DNA of 32,000 bases. Source: Aeropyrum pernix K1. GTDB taxonomy: Archaea > Thermoproteota > Thermoprotei_A > Sulfolobales > Acidilobaceae. The position numbers and the translations under genes were made by a program. Below, in pieces: positions 1 through 9,852 of this stretch (its first letter is position 1; the number at the start of each line of letters is the position of its first letter). The stretch is from NCBI RefSeq assembly GCF_000011125.1, contig NC_000854.2, forward strand, positions 900,001-932,000, in the 5' to 3' direction. Below the pieces are notes generated by a model that was not told the origin of the DNA, did not search any database, and saw only the letters and a list, made by a program, of their open reading frames with translations.

Positions 1-631
1 AGGCGCCCAGCTTGAACCCTATACTGGCCATTATGGCTACGACAGCGAGAGCCTCTAGTGCAAGTGGCGGGCGGAGTCCGGCGTAGAAAGCCGCTATCCA
101 CACTGCAATGAAGAGGGTTGCCAGTGTACCCACGTAGATGTATCTCACTGCGGCTGCTACGCTATCCCTATCCCCAGGAAGGCCCGCAATTATGTAGGTA
201 GCCACGGAGAGAACCAGCCACGACGCGAGTATAAGTAGCGGGCTTAGGCTGCCCATTAGGAAGAAGGTTCCAAAGAAGGTCAGTGGCAGGAGGCCGTAGT
301 AGCCAGGGTGCGTCGGCCACTCCTCAGCTTTATAGTATGCTTGTATGTAGGCTAGAGCAGCAGCCAGAGCGGCGCCTAGAAGCATTACAGACGATAGCTT
401 GTCATGAACTATCATATTGTTGGCCATAGTAAGGTTTCCATAGGCGAAGACATGGTATACCGTCGCTATGGCCGCCAATAGGAATGCAAGGACCGCTACG
501 GCCGTCAGAGCCTGTATGTATCTCCTTAGGCTTGGTGAGGCGACGTATACTGCTGGTATTATTATGGCTAAGGCCAGATTCCCGTATATAAGGGCCATGA
601 CGGCGTTTCCGACGAGTCCCGGGCTAACCAT
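1..631 (-). CDS. nuoN: NADH-quinone oxidoreductase subunit N-like (partial, cut by left window edge)
   Basis: Not in the ORF track because it runs off the edge. Reading the minus strand from ATG at 631 gives an open multi-TM protein, MVSPGLVGNAVMALIYGNLALAIIIPAVYVASPSLRRYIQALTAV...YYGLLPLTFFGTFFLMGSLSPLLILASWLVL..., placed directly after nuoL as expected for nuoN. Confidence 0.8.
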   Translation of the reverse strand, partial: MVSPGLVGNAVMALIYGNLALAIIIPAVYVASPSLRRYIQALTAVAVLAFLLAAIATVYHVFAYGNLTMANNMIVHDKLSSVMLLGAALAAALAYIQAYYKAEEWPTHPGYYGLLPLTFFGTFFLMGSLSPLLILASWLVLSVATYIIAGLPGDRDSVAAAVRYIYVGTLATLFIAVWIAAFYAGLRPPLALEALAVVAIMASIGFKLGA

Positions 632-644
632 AGCTACCACCCCA

Positions 645-2771
645 CTATCCACCTAGGATCCTGATGAGGGGTCCAATCTTGTCCTCAAACACGGCATATG
701 CCGCGAGAGCTGCAAAGGCAAGGGAGACTATGTATAGTGCTAGTATGTAGTCCGTCCTACCCCTGTATATCTTACGTGCTAGAAGCGCGAGGCCCCCGCC
801 AGCCGCTACCAACAGGGAGTGGTATAGCAGGTCTATGCCGAGGTCTAGCTCCTGGAGGGCGGCGATGAGAGCACCTCCTCCGCCCACTATGATGATGTAC
901 ACTATAGCGTTAAAGTACATCCTATCGTAGAGGAAGCCGTGTATCGCTGCTGCAGCCGCATTCTCCCTTATAATCCTCCGGAAGTCTGCCCTCAGCACCA
1001 TGTATAGCCCGGCTACTAGAGCTATAGAGGCTATAACCCCGGCCACAACGCTGTAGGTGAGGCTTGTCACCTTGAACCGTAGGAGTGCTTCCTCGACTGC
1101 TAGGCTGAGGGTAGCCGCTATGGAGAGTGTATTGAAGAACCCTGCAAACCCGATCCCCAGGGCTAGGCTAGCTAGGGCCAGGATTGTGTAGGGAACTAGC
1201 ATGAGAGGCGGTGCCTCGTGTAGATGTTTATCTCCGCTACTCTTCTCCTCGTACGGCGGAAGGTGGAAGACCCTTATTATCATGCGCGCAGTATATGCAG
1301 CTGTTAGCAAGGCAGTCAGCGCCGCCAGGCCTCCTATCACAGGCTCTGCTTTATACGCGATGGCTACTACCTCCTCCTTGGTGAAGAAGCCGCTCAAAGG
1401 CGGCACGCCGGCTAGGCTAAGTCCGGCTAGCCAGAACGCGGCGGCCGTGAGCTTCATGTACCTGGCGAAACCGCCCATATTGTCTATGAACCTGCTGTGG
1501 GCTGCATGTATAACCCATCCTGCTGCGAGGAATAGTGCTGCCTTGAAGACTGCATGGCTGACTAGGTGGCCCAGGCCTGCGGCGACGGCCTCTCCAGCCA
1601 GCTCAAGGGCCTCGCCGCCCGCTAGGACCGAGGCTATAACTCCCCCGGCCGCGGCGGCTAGTATCATGTAGCCTAGCTGGCTGGCTGTCGAGAAGGCTAG
1701 TATGAGTTTCAGCTCGTCGCTCACAAGTGCCATGAGGGATAGGAGTAGCGCTGTGAGGACAGCTATCCAGGCTATTAGGGTGAAGTATGAGCCGACGCCG
1801 CTGAGGACCTCGGGCGCCCCAGCCGCTAGGGCACCTGCAACGATTATCGGTGCGAATCTGAGCACAAAGTACACGCCCGCCTTAACCATGGTTGCCGCGT
1901 GTATTAGTGCGGAGACGGGTGTTGGACCTGTCATAGCTGTCACAAGCCACTCGTGGAACGGTACCTGGGCACTCTTGGCTAGGGCGCCGAGGGTGAATAT
2001 GAGTAGGATGAGAGGTAATACGCCCTGAGCGGCGAACTCTGCTATCCATACGTGGGCAGTGGATGCGAGTTCAGGTATGCTTAGGGTTCCAGCTGTTAGG
2101 TAGAGGGCTGCGATGCCAATTAGAAAGCCTATGTCGCCTATCCTCGTGAAGAGTATTGCCCTCACCGCGCTGTGGCTTGGCTCGAAGAACATGGGCGTCC
2201 CCAGCACCCTTCTACCAGGCCTGCCGACCCAGTAGTCCTCCTCGTCGGTATACCAGTGGCCGATTAATGCGTAGCTCGCTAAGCCAGTGCCCTCCCAGCC
2301 AACGAACATGAGGACCAGGTTGTCGGCCACCACCAGGAGCATCATGCTGCCAACGAAGAACGATATCATGAAGAAGTACCGTCCGAACCCCCAGTCTCCC
2401 TCCATGTATTTTATCGAGTAGACTGCTATTAGGAGGCTTATCCAGGAGACCACTAGGCTCATGACGGCTGCGAGACCGTCGATGTAGCTTCCCCATCCCA
2501 CGCCTAAATGGGGTATCCATACGCTGTCCGCACCAACATGGACTATCTTTCCGTCTATAAGCACGAGCTTAGCAAGGTATGTGGAGAGTAGGGCTGAGAC
2601 TAGTATGCCGGCCACGCTTACCCAGCCGTAGAAAGACTCCCTGGTAACGCCGAGAAGCCAGCCAACGGCAATAACCACTGCCGCGAGGTATGGGGCCATC
2701 CACACGAGGCTCCAGGGCATGAGCGGGAGGTTTAATACGCTGCTCTCCACAGCCACCACAACCACCCCCAT
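645..2771 (-). CDS. nuoL: NADH-quinone oxidoreductase subunit L (antiporter-like)
   Basis: 708 aa; characteristic VGWEGTGLASYALIGHW, AKSAQVPFHEWLVTAMTGPTPVSALIHAATMVKAGVYFVLRF and GVPPLSGFFTKEE motifs. Confidence 0.97.
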   Translation of the reverse strand: MGVVVVAVESSVLNLPLMPWSLVWMAPYLAAVVIAVGWLLGVTRESFYGWVSVAGILVSALLSTYLAKLVLIDGKIVHVGADSVWIPHLGVGWGSYIDGLAAVMSLVVSWISLLIAVYSIKYMEGDWGFGRYFFMISFFVGSMMLLVVADNLVLMFVGWEGTGLASYALIGHWYTDEEDYWVGRPGRRVLGTPMFFEPSHSAVRAILFTRIGDIGFLIGIAALYLTAGTLSIPELASTAHVWIAEFAAQGVLPLILLIFTLGALAKSAQVPFHEWLVTAMTGPTPVSALIHAATMVKAGVYFVLRFAPIIVAGALAAGAPEVLSGVGSYFTLIAWIAVLTALLLSLMALVSDELKLILAFSTASQLGYMILAAAAGGVIASVLAGGEALELAGEAVAAGLGHLVSHAVFKAALFLAAGWVIHAAHSRFIDNMGGFARYMKLTAAAFWLAGLSLAGVPPLSGFFTKEEVVAIAYKAEPVIGGLAALTALLTAAYTARMIIRVFHLPPYEEKSSGDKHLHEAPPLMLVPYTILALASLALGIGFAGFFNTLSIAATLSLAVEEALLRFKVTSLTYSVVAGVIASIALVAGLYMVLRADFRRIIRENAAAAAIHGFLYDRMYFNAIVYIIIVGGGGALIAALQELDLGIDLLYHSLLVAAGGGLALLARKIYRGRTDYILALYIVSLAFAALAAYAVFEDKIGPLIRILGG

Positions 2772-2774
2772 AGA

Positions 2775-4316
2775 CTACGAGAGGAATGCCTCCACCATTG
2801 CAAGGCTAGAGGCAGCCAGATCCGTCACCATAGGTCCAGCTAGGAGGAATAGCGCCACGCCTAGTACTGCGAGGAGGACTACTGTAGATTTGAAGCCGTC
2901 TACCTCTTCCCTAGCATCCATATCTGCGCGTGGCCTCCCGAAGAATATCCTCCTCATCGTTATGAACGAGTAGGCAGCTGTGACTGTGAAAGCCACTATA
3001 AGGATAATAGCCAGCAGTCCTAGGCTGACGGCATCGCTGTACCCCGGGTAGTTTAACACCGAGAGGGTTAGGTAGAGTTCACCCCAGAATCCGAAGGCGG
3101 GGGGTATACCAGCGAGGTGCAGGAAACCTATGAGGGCTGCCGCGGCTGTTAGCGGGTAGAGCCTGGCTAGGCCTCCCATCCTGGCGATGTTCCTGAGGCC
3201 GTGGGCCTCTGTTATGAAGACGCCAGCCGTCATGAATAGAACTGCCTTCCCGACGGCGTGCCCGAGGAAAATGAGGCTTGCCGCGGCAAAGCCTAGTGGG
3301 TGGAGAGTGGAGAGGGCTAGTAGCATGTAGCCCATCTGGCTTATGCTGGAGTATGCTAGCAGCCTCTTGAAGTCCAGTTGTGATAGTGCCACCAGGCCTC
3401 CATAGACTATTGTGACGAAGGCGAGGCCGACGAGGAGGGGTTTGAGGTCCTCGAGCAGCCATGGATAGAAAGCGGCGGCGAACCTGGCTATACCATAACC
3501 CCCTAGGCCGATCAGGTTTGGTGATAGGAGAGCTGAGATGGGTGTGGGCGCTTCTGCATGGGCGTAGGGTAGCCACATGTGCACGCCGAATACAGCCATC
3601 TTGACAAGCATTCCTAGGAGGAGGCTAACCCCAGCTATGGCGGCGTAGACACTCCTGTCCGCGGGGCTCGAGAAATAGACTATCCTGCCTCCCTCCACTG
3701 TCGCGACGTCGAAGGTCCCCGTCTTGATAACATAATAGAGGCCGCCGAGGAGCGCTAGAGCCCCGGCTATGTGGGTCCAGACGAAGTACAGTAGCGCTAT
3801 CCTCCTCCTATCGCCGTAGCCGTAGAAGGCTATGAGGAGGAAGGAGGACAGCAGGCTTAGCTCCAGGAAGATTATGAAGAGCAGGAAGTTGAGCGAGTAT
3901 GCTATTCCTAGCATTGTAGAGGAGAATATGCTGTACAATATTAGGTAGGCTGCGTGCCCGGGGGCACGCTCCCCCTCACCCTCCATCTCCCTCAGCCTGA
4001 CCTCCATGTACTTGTAGCCGTAGACGGCTACTAGGGCTGTTACTACGGAGACTCCTAGGACGAATGGGTAGGAGAACCCGTCGACCGCGAGGGCTACAAC
4101 TCCTATACCTATATTCGAAAGGTTTAGCGATACGGGGTCTATGATCCCCTCCGAGAGAACCCCCTGGAATGCGTAATAGCTCGACACAATCCCGGGGATG
4201 GCCAGGGTTATGGCTACAAGCCAGTAAGCGGTTCTAGGCGGTAGTGCTACTATGGTAAGGGAGGCAAGTACGGGTAACACCAGGCTTAGCCAGAGTAAGG
4301 GGAATCCCAGCTCCAT
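2775..4316 (-). CDS. nuoM: NADH-quinone oxidoreductase subunit M-like
   Basis: 513 aa; LGMLVKMAVFGVHMWLPYAHAEAPTPISALLSPNLIGLGGYG and HLAGIPPAFGFWGE motifs; adjacent to nuoK and nuoL. Confidence 0.92.
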   Translation of the reverse strand: MELGFPLLWLSLVLPVLASLTIVALPPRTAYWLVAITLAIPGIVSSYYAFQGVLSEGIIDPVSLNLSNIGIGVVALAVDGFSYPFVLGVSVVTALVAVYGYKYMEVRLREMEGEGERAPGHAAYLILYSIFSSTMLGIAYSLNFLLFIIFLELSLLSSFLLIAFYGYGDRRRIALLYFVWTHIAGALALLGGLYYVIKTGTFDVATVEGGRIVYFSSPADRSVYAAIAGVSLLLGMLVKMAVFGVHMWLPYAHAEAPTPISALLSPNLIGLGGYGIARFAAAFYPWLLEDLKPLLVGLAFVTIVYGGLVALSQLDFKRLLAYSSISQMGYMLLALSTLHPLGFAAASLIFLGHAVGKAVLFMTAGVFITEAHGLRNIARMGGLARLYPLTAAAALIGFLHLAGIPPAFGFWGELYLTLSVLNYPGYSDAVSLGLLAIILIVAFTVTAAYSFITMRRIFFGRPRADMDAREEVDGFKSTVVLLAVLGVALFLLAGPMVTDLAASSLAMVEAFLS

Positions 4317-4321
4317 GGCGC

Positions 4322-4630
4322 CTACACCCCCTCCTCCTCCAAAGGCTCCGTCTCCAGCGTGCCAAGCCTTCTGTAGAGGGCAGCCACCAGTGCTACTACA
4401 ACTATAATCTCGCCCGAGACGACTATGACTAGCATTATACCAAGGACATTGGCCGCGAGGCTGCTCTTACTCAGGACTAGTATAACGATGAGGAGGAAGG
4501 CGTTGAAAAGAACCTCGGCGGATATCAGCTGCCTAACAAGATTCCTAGAACCGGCTAGGCCGTAGGACCCTATGGCCGCTAAAACAGCGGCCAGCAACAC
4601 CACTACCTGCGATAAAGCTGCATCCACCAC
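4322..4630 (-). CDS. nuoK: NADH-quinone oxidoreductase subunit K
   Basis: 102 aa; SRNLVRQLISAEVLFNAFLLIVILV pattern with embedded membrane Glu; gene order. Confidence 0.92.
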   Translation of the reverse strand: MVDAALSQVVVLLAAVLAAIGSYGLAGSRNLVRQLISAEVLFNAFLLIVILVLSKSSLAANVLGIMLVIVVSGEIIVVVALVAALYRRLGTLETEPLEEEGV

Positions 4631-4637
4631 GACAACC

Positions 4638-5120
4638 TCACCTCCTCCTGGCTATCGCTATTCCCTCAAGTATAGTGGCCGCAAGACCCGCGGCAAGGAC
4701 TATCACAACGGGGTAAAGGTCTCTGGTAAGGACAAGGGCTATTGTCTCGAGGTTGACGGGCTGTGGTGGCGTGTATAGCTGCCAGAGCCCTCCTATGAAG
4801 CCAAGGAGCGTGACTGTCGAGAATGCCGCGGCCGCAGCCGCGAGACCTCTCCATTCGTCCCACTCCTCTCTCCCGCCCCCGCCTAGCATGCTGACGCTCA
4901 CTATTATGAACATCACAGCAGCACCCACGTAGACTATTACGAGGAAGACGGCCACTAGAGGGAATCCGAGAAGGCCTACGACGGCCGCGGTAGAGAGCCC
5001 TACAAGCGCAAGGGCTGCACTCGAGTAGACCATATCCCTATGTCTAACTACAAACATGCTAAACAGGGTCGCGAGGCCCGCCACACCGATGAGTACCGCG
5101 GCCTCGAGGCTACTCACCAT
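4638..5120 (-). CDS. nuoJ: NADH-quinone oxidoreductase subunit J
   Basis: Multi-TM protein with AVFLVIVYVGAAVMFIIVSVSML motif. The track start at 5159 gives a 50-nt overlap with nuoI; the internal ATG at 5120 (MVSSLEAAVLIG...) reduces this to 11 nt and is preferred. Confidence 0.9.
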   Translation of the reverse strand: MVSSLEAAVLIGVAGLATLFSMFVVRHRDMVYSSAALALVGLSTAAVVGLLGFPLVAVFLVIVYVGAAVMFIIVSVSMLGGGGREEWDEWRGLAAAAAAFSTVTLLGFIGGLWQLYTPPQPVNLETIALVLTRDLYPVVIVLAAGLAATILEGIAIARRR

Positions 5121-5706
5121 CCTCCCGCACACCCCGCGCTGGTATTTTAACAAGCCCATACTCCTCGTGGATTAGCAGCCTCACCGGCGTGCCCTCGAGG
5201 GCAGTCTTATACTCGGGCTCCTTCTGGAACGTCTCAAGATCCCAGAACATCTCGGCAAGGTTATCATAGACTATGTCGTGGTAGTTCACATGATAAAGCG
5301 CCTCGGTGGGGCATATGTCGACGCAGTAGCCGCAGAAGATGCACCGCTGATAGTTTATGACGGGGAACTGTTTTGTAACCTTCTTCTCAGGCTCCTTGGG
5401 ATGGGGAACTGGAACTCTTATCATCTTCATCGCGGCGCTAGGACATATTCTAGCGCAGGCAGCACAGCTTATACACTTGGCCTTGTTAAGTATTATGAAA
5501 CCCCTATAGCCCTGCCGCAGCTCTGGATACTCCTTAGGATAGTATATGGAGAACCTCCTAGGGTTTACGAAGTACTTGAGACCTATCATAAGCGCCGCTA
5601 GGTTATCCGTTACCCCCGTGAAGAGTCCGCCCCTCCTGGGGAGCGTTTTAGCCACGGCCTTTGGAGGCATTATTGACACCCCACAACAGCACGTTCGCAC
5701 AATCAC
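5110..5706 (-). CDS. nuoI: NADH-quinone oxidoreductase subunit I (two 4Fe-4S ferredoxin motifs)
   Basis: 198 aa; CISCAACARICP and CIFCGYCVDICP motifs. Confidence 0.95.
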   Translation of the reverse strand: MIVRTCCCGVSIMPPKAVAKTLPRRGGLFTGVTDNLAALMIGLKYFVNPRRFSIYYPKEYPELRQGYRGFIILNKAKCISCAACARICPSAAMKMIRVPVPHPKEPEKKVTKQFPVINYQRCIFCGYCVDICPTEALYHVNYHDIVYDNLAEMFWDLETFQKEPEYKTALEGTPVRLLIHEEYGLVKIPARGVREDGE

Positions 5707-6854
5707 AAACCAGATATATAATCCAGGACTAGGAGTTCACGAGGAGAGTATATTAAAAGAAGGTATTTACATGGGGCTGCATCAGGTTTAACAGGCTGGA
5801 CTATGCCTAGGTAAGCCTCTATTAATGCTAGCAGAATGGCTAGGAGGGTCAGGGGTAGTACTAGCCTCCAGGCTAAGTCTAGGGCCTGGTCCAGCCTGTA
5901 CCTACCGTAGACGGCTCTTAGAAAGCTTATTGCTAGTGTGACGAGAGCCGCCTTAGCCACTACAACCAAGCTTGGGAGTAGATACCCCATAACCACGCCC
6001 TCACCTGGGACGACAGGGTACCATCCGCCTAGGAGCACCAGGGAGGCTATTAGGCTGAAGGCGAATCTCCTCATGTACGCTCCTCCCATGTTGAGGGCGT
6101 AGAGTATTCCCGAATATTCGGTGAAGGGTCCTGCGACAACCTCGGGCTCAGATTCGGGTATTTCGAAGGGGAACGCTGAGGTTGACATTGCTATTGCTAT
6201 AACGGCAGCTAGGAAGGCTAGGGGGTTGAGTATAATGAACCATTTAAAGAAGCCTTGAGCCTGGACGATCTCCACGATGTTGAAGCTTCCCACTGTTATA
6301 GCAGGGGCGAGGAGGGAGAGTATGGCTATTAGCTCGTAGGCAAGAATTATAAATGCTTCCCTAACGCCGCCCACGATTGTGAACGGGTTGTTCGCAGCCC
6401 AACCAGCCACGATAAGGAAAATCGGGGGAAGCGTTGATATCGCGAGCGCTAGAAGGAGGCTATACTCCATTAGACCGGGGGGTAAGGGCCAGTAGCTGGG
6501 GTTAGCGGTGAGGGGCACCACTGCGAAGGGGAGTATTGAAACGGCCATACCCACTATCGGTGCCACGAGGAAGGGGAAGTAGTCGACGGTCCTGGGTATA
6601 ATGACCTGCTGGAACATATACCTCATCATATCGGCGACAAGGTGTAGGAGGCCTCCTAGCCTCGGGCTAGCCCAGTAGGGCCCTATCCTCCTCTGCACCC
6701 TAGCCGCAGCCTTCCTCTCGAACCAGACTGCAACTATCGCTATTAGGAGGGCGCCTCCAAACCCGAGTATGAGGAGCTGCCATATAGGCGGGTAGAATAT
6801 AATCGCGAGCAACACGTCAAGGACAGACACGGAACAGCCACCCCCTCCAAACAC
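5703..6854 (-). CDS. nuoH: NADH-quinone oxidoreductase subunit H
   Basis: 383 aa; ERKAAARVQRRIGP and ESEPEVVAGPFTEYSG motifs. Confidence 0.95.
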   Translation of the reverse strand: MFGGGGCSVSVLDVLLAIIFYPPIWQLLILGFGGALLIAIVAVWFERKAAARVQRRIGPYWASPRLGGLLHLVADMMRYMFQQVIIPRTVDYFPFLVAPIVGMAVSILPFAVVPLTANPSYWPLPPGLMEYSLLLALAISTLPPIFLIVAGWAANNPFTIVGGVREAFIILAYELIAILSLLAPAITVGSFNIVEIVQAQGFFKWFIILNPLAFLAAVIAIAMSTSAFPFEIPESEPEVVAGPFTEYSGILYALNMGGAYMRRFAFSLIASLVLLGGWYPVVPGEGVVMGYLLPSLVVVAKAALVTLAISFLRAVYGRYRLDQALDLAWRLVLPLTLLAILLALIEAYLGIVQPVKPDAAPCKYLLLIYSPRELLVLDYISGL

Positions 6855-6862
6855 TACAAGCC

Positions 6863-8107
6863 CTACCTATCGGCCTCCGGGGGGAAGTAGTCTAGGCTGC
6901 CGTAGATCGCGGGTATATCCATAACCCTATGGCCGGGGAGAACGTACTTGAATGCTATCACGTTCCTTGCGCTAGCGGTCACTATCCTAACCCTATACGG
7001 GTTCACTCCACCATCACTCTCAACATAGTAAACCGTCTCACCCCTTCCAGTCTCAGCCCTCCCGATAGCCCTGCCTGGGGGAACCTTCATAGCGGCTACA
7101 GTGGGCAGGAGCTTAGCCCTACCCTCAGCCTCAAGCACCTTCTTATGGAGAGGCGGGTATTTGCCGTAGAGGTACTTGTCAACAATGGGCTCCCTAGGAT
7201 GCTTCTCAAGCCACTCCACAGCCTGCTCTATAATCCTGAGGCTCTGCTTAATCTCTTCGACCCTCACATAGGTCCTGGCTAGAGCGTCTCCCTCCTCAAA
7301 CACTGGGACTTCGAAGTCTATCTCCGGGTAGGCGTCGTAAGGGTGCACCAGCCTCACATCATAGTCTATCCCGCTGCCCCTGGCGTTGGGGCCCACGATG
7401 CCCATCTCGGCTGCAGCTTTCTTGGGTATAACACCCACTCCCTCTAGCCTGCTCCTTATAACGGGGTTGTTGAGGAATATCTTGGCGTACTCGTCGAGCC
7501 TCTTCCTCATATACCTTACAGCCCTCCTAGCCATATCCGGGAAGTCGGCGGGTATATCGCGCCTCGCGCCCCCCGGGATCGGGTATGAGTGGGTTAGCCT
7601 CGCGCCCGTGAGGGCCTCGGCGAGCTCGATGAAAACCTCTCTATCTCCCATCGCCCACATGTACATGGTGCTGTGCCCTAGGAACACGCCGAAGATGGCG
7701 AAGCCGTAGAGGTGCGCGCCAATCCTATTTATCTCACACAGGAGTGTCCTAAGGTATTTAGCCCTGAGAGGCGGCTCCACACCCATAAGCTTCTCAACGG
7801 CCAGCACGTAGGGGAGTGTAATGTTGCATGCATCATGTATGGCCATCCTCTCGAAGAGGGGTATGGGCTTTATCCACCCCCTGATCTCTCCCAGCTTCTC
7901 CATAGTCCTGTGGACATAGCCTATGTCGGGGTCTGCCTCAACGATTATGTCTCCATCGACCCTAATCGTTATCCTCATGTGGCCCGAGCCAGGGTGCTGC
8001 GGGCCAATGTATATCTCGTAGAGGTCCTTAGCAACCTTCTTGGAGGGGATAATCTTAAGGCCTAAATCGTCCTTCCAACCGCCATATACCCTCACGCCTT
8101 CGACCAT
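6863..8107 (-). CDS. nuoD: NADH-quinone oxidoreductase subunit D (49 kDa type)
   Basis: 414 aa; IGPQHPGSGHMRITIRVDGDIIVEADPDIGYVHRTMEKLGE and C-terminal PAIYGSLDYFPPEADR. Confidence 0.96.
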   Translation of the reverse strand: MVEGVRVYGGWKDDLGLKIIPSKKVAKDLYEIYIGPQHPGSGHMRITIRVDGDIIVEADPDIGYVHRTMEKLGEIRGWIKPIPLFERMAIHDACNITLPYVLAVEKLMGVEPPLRAKYLRTLLCEINRIGAHLYGFAIFGVFLGHSTMYMWAMGDREVFIELAEALTGARLTHSYPIPGGARRDIPADFPDMARRAVRYMRKRLDEYAKIFLNNPVIRSRLEGVGVIPKKAAAEMGIVGPNARGSGIDYDVRLVHPYDAYPEIDFEVPVFEEGDALARTYVRVEEIKQSLRIIEQAVEWLEKHPREPIVDKYLYGKYPPLHKKVLEAEGRAKLLPTVAAMKVPPGRAIGRAETGRGETVYYVESDGGVNPYRVRIVTASARNVIAFKYVLPGHRVMDIPAIYGSLDYFPPEADR

Positions 8108-8661
8108 TCCTTAGGCACCCCCTCGTAAATGCTCTCCTCCCTAACGACAAAGTCCTTCCTCAGAGGCCTCTTCTCTGCAACGGGAGGGGTGAGCAGAAAA
8201 GGCCTTAGGTCTGGGTGGCCCTCGAACTCGATCCCGAAGAACTCGTAAACCTCCCTTTCCTGGAACTCTGCGCTGATCCAGATCTGGGAGAGGCTTGGTA
8301 TAGAGGGCTTCTCAACCCTCGGGAGTTCAACCCCCAACCCAACTATCGCCCCCTTCAAGGCTGCGTCGAGATAGCTGGAGACATGGTAGACTACTCTAAA
8401 CTTCTTCTCCTTAAGATAGTCTATCGTGGTGATGCTCACAACATGGTCGAAACCCACAGTTTTAAGAGCTTCCGCAGCCCTGACAAGGTCATCAACGCTA
8501 ACGATAAAGTCGACGAACCCCTTACCATCCTCACGCTTGAACTGAATGCCTCTCTCCTTCAAAGCCTCCTCGGCCCTCTTCACAGCCTCTGCTAAAACAG
8601 CCTCCGGATCCATAGGCTGGGAGAGCAGCCTACCCTCCCCAGGTGCATCACGGGACGCCAC
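8092..8661 (-). CDS. nuoC: NADH-quinone oxidoreductase subunit C (30 kDa type)
   Basis: 189 aa; WISAEFQEREVYEFFGIEFEGHPDLRPFLLTP and LRKDFV motifs. Confidence 0.95.
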   Translation of the reverse strand: MASRDAPGEGRLLSQPMDPEAVLAEAVKRAEEALKERGIQFKREDGKGFVDFIVSVDDLVRAAEALKTVGFDHVVSITTIDYLKEKKFRVVYHVSSYLDAALKGAIVGLGVELPRVEKPSIPSLSQIWISAEFQEREVYEFFGIEFEGHPDLRPFLLTPPVAEKRPLRKDFVVREESIYEGVPKEWSKA

Positions 8662-8673
8662 TGCACAGCCCCC

Positions 8674-9282
8674 TTAAACCTTCTTCACAGCCCAGCCGCA
8701 GAGGTCCTCGGTGGGTATGAGGGGCTCTCTATCGGGCCTCCAGCCCTCCCTAACCCAGCCGCTCGCAATCTTCTTACTCCTGATCTTCCGCTGGAGCTCC
8801 ACGATAGCCCTCGCAACGCCCTCGGGCCTGGGAGGACAGCCTGGTATGTAGATGTCTATGGGAAGGACCTGCCACGGCTTCACTATGTTATAGCTGTTGT
8901 AGAATAGGCCGCCGTCCAGGGCGCAGGCGCCCATGGCTATCGCGAACTTTGGATGGGGCATCTGCTCCCATGTTAGTCTGACGGCGCAAGCCATCTTCTT
9001 GGTGACAGTACCCTCTATTATAATCAGGTTTGTCTGCCTAGGCCCCACCCAGGGGAGGGCCCCGAACTGTTCACCGTCAATCCTTGGTGCGAAGGTCGCG
9101 GCGAACTCGGTGCTGCAGCAGCTGGTTGTGAGGTGGACGGGCCACAGGCTGAAGCTGGTGGCCCAGTCCACCATCTTGTCGAGGGGGATCTTGCCGAGCA
9201 GTAAGTCCCTGGCTCTCTTTGCAGCCACGTCAACATTCCCAAGGTATACTTTGCCCTCGCTCTCAAGAGCCACTGGAACCAC
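8674..9282 (-). CDS. nuoB: NADH-quinone oxidoreductase subunit B (20 kDa type, N2 cluster)
   Basis: 202 aa; TTSCCSTEFAAT, MGACALDGGLFYN and IPGCPPRPEG motifs. Confidence 0.96.
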   Translation of the reverse strand: MVPVALESEGKVYLGNVDVAAKRARDLLLGKIPLDKMVDWATSFSLWPVHLTTSCCSTEFAATFAPRIDGEQFGALPWVGPRQTNLIIIEGTVTKKMACAVRLTWEQMPHPKFAIAMGACALDGGLFYNSYNIVKPWQVLPIDIYIPGCPPRPEGVARAIVELQRKIRSKKIASGWVREGWRPDREPLIPTEDLCGWAVKKV

Positions 9283-9293
9283 CTCCTACTACA

Positions 9294-9716
9294 CTACCCG
9301 AGTATCCAGGCCTCGAGCCGCCTGGATTCTCTTATCCCGTAGTATAGGAGTGGGGCGTAGATCAGTAATATAGCGACATATAGAAATAGCACCCTCGCCA
9401 ACGCCTCTCTAGGCGCTATTAGTATGAGAGCCATCAGGATTACAATAGGCTCTACTGCGAGGAACAGTATAAGATAGCCTAGGTACTGCATGCTAACCTT
9501 CCGCCTGAAATCCCCCGGTCTCGGCGGGTTGCCTGCATCATACCTAAGGTACTTTCTAGCCTCGATCTTCTCAACGTCGGGCCTACCCGTTGTGATGAGC
9601 TTCAGTAGGAAGACGACTGCTACCGTGGCTCCCACAACAAGCAGGGGTATTATCACTAGTGCAACGAGCATCATTACGCCGGGGCTGTAAAGCGTTTCAA
9701 TGAGCCCCAATACCAC
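9294..9716 (-). CDS. nuoA: NADH-quinone oxidoreductase subunit A
   Basis: 140 aa; KYLRYDAGNPPRPGDFRRKVSMQYLGYLILFLAVEPIVILM matches the NuoA C-terminal domain pattern; first gene of the operon; GTG start. Confidence 0.85.
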   Translation of the reverse strand: MVLGLIETLYSPGVMMLVALVIIPLLVVGATVAVVFLLKLITTGRPDVEKIEARKYLRYDAGNPPRPGDFRRKVSMQYLGYLILFLAVEPIVILMALILIAPREALARVLFLYVAILLIYAPLLYYGIRESRRLEAWILG

Positions 9717-9745
9717 TACCCTAGGGCTATCACTATGGAGTTTAA

Positions 9746-9758
9746 CATTAAAATATGG
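9746..9758 (-). promoter_or_regulatory. Candidate TATA box for the nuo operon
   Basis: Minus strand reads ccatattttaatg about 35 nt upstream of the nuoA start at 9716. Confidence 0.45.
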
Positions 9759-9852
9759 GGTGAATATACGTCAAACCTTAGAAAAGACCGAGCTGGAGGA
9801 CCTCACAATAAACTCTGGAGCCGGTGGGAGGCGTTTCTCCCCCTTTCTTGGG

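Noticed and set aside
1201-1671. 156-aa plus-strand ORF opposite nuoL
   Set aside because: Antisense to conserved nuoL; no recognisable family.
3079-3576. 165-aa minus-strand ORF within nuoM in another frame
   Set aside because: Out-of-frame within a well-supported membrane subunit; composition shows no domain.
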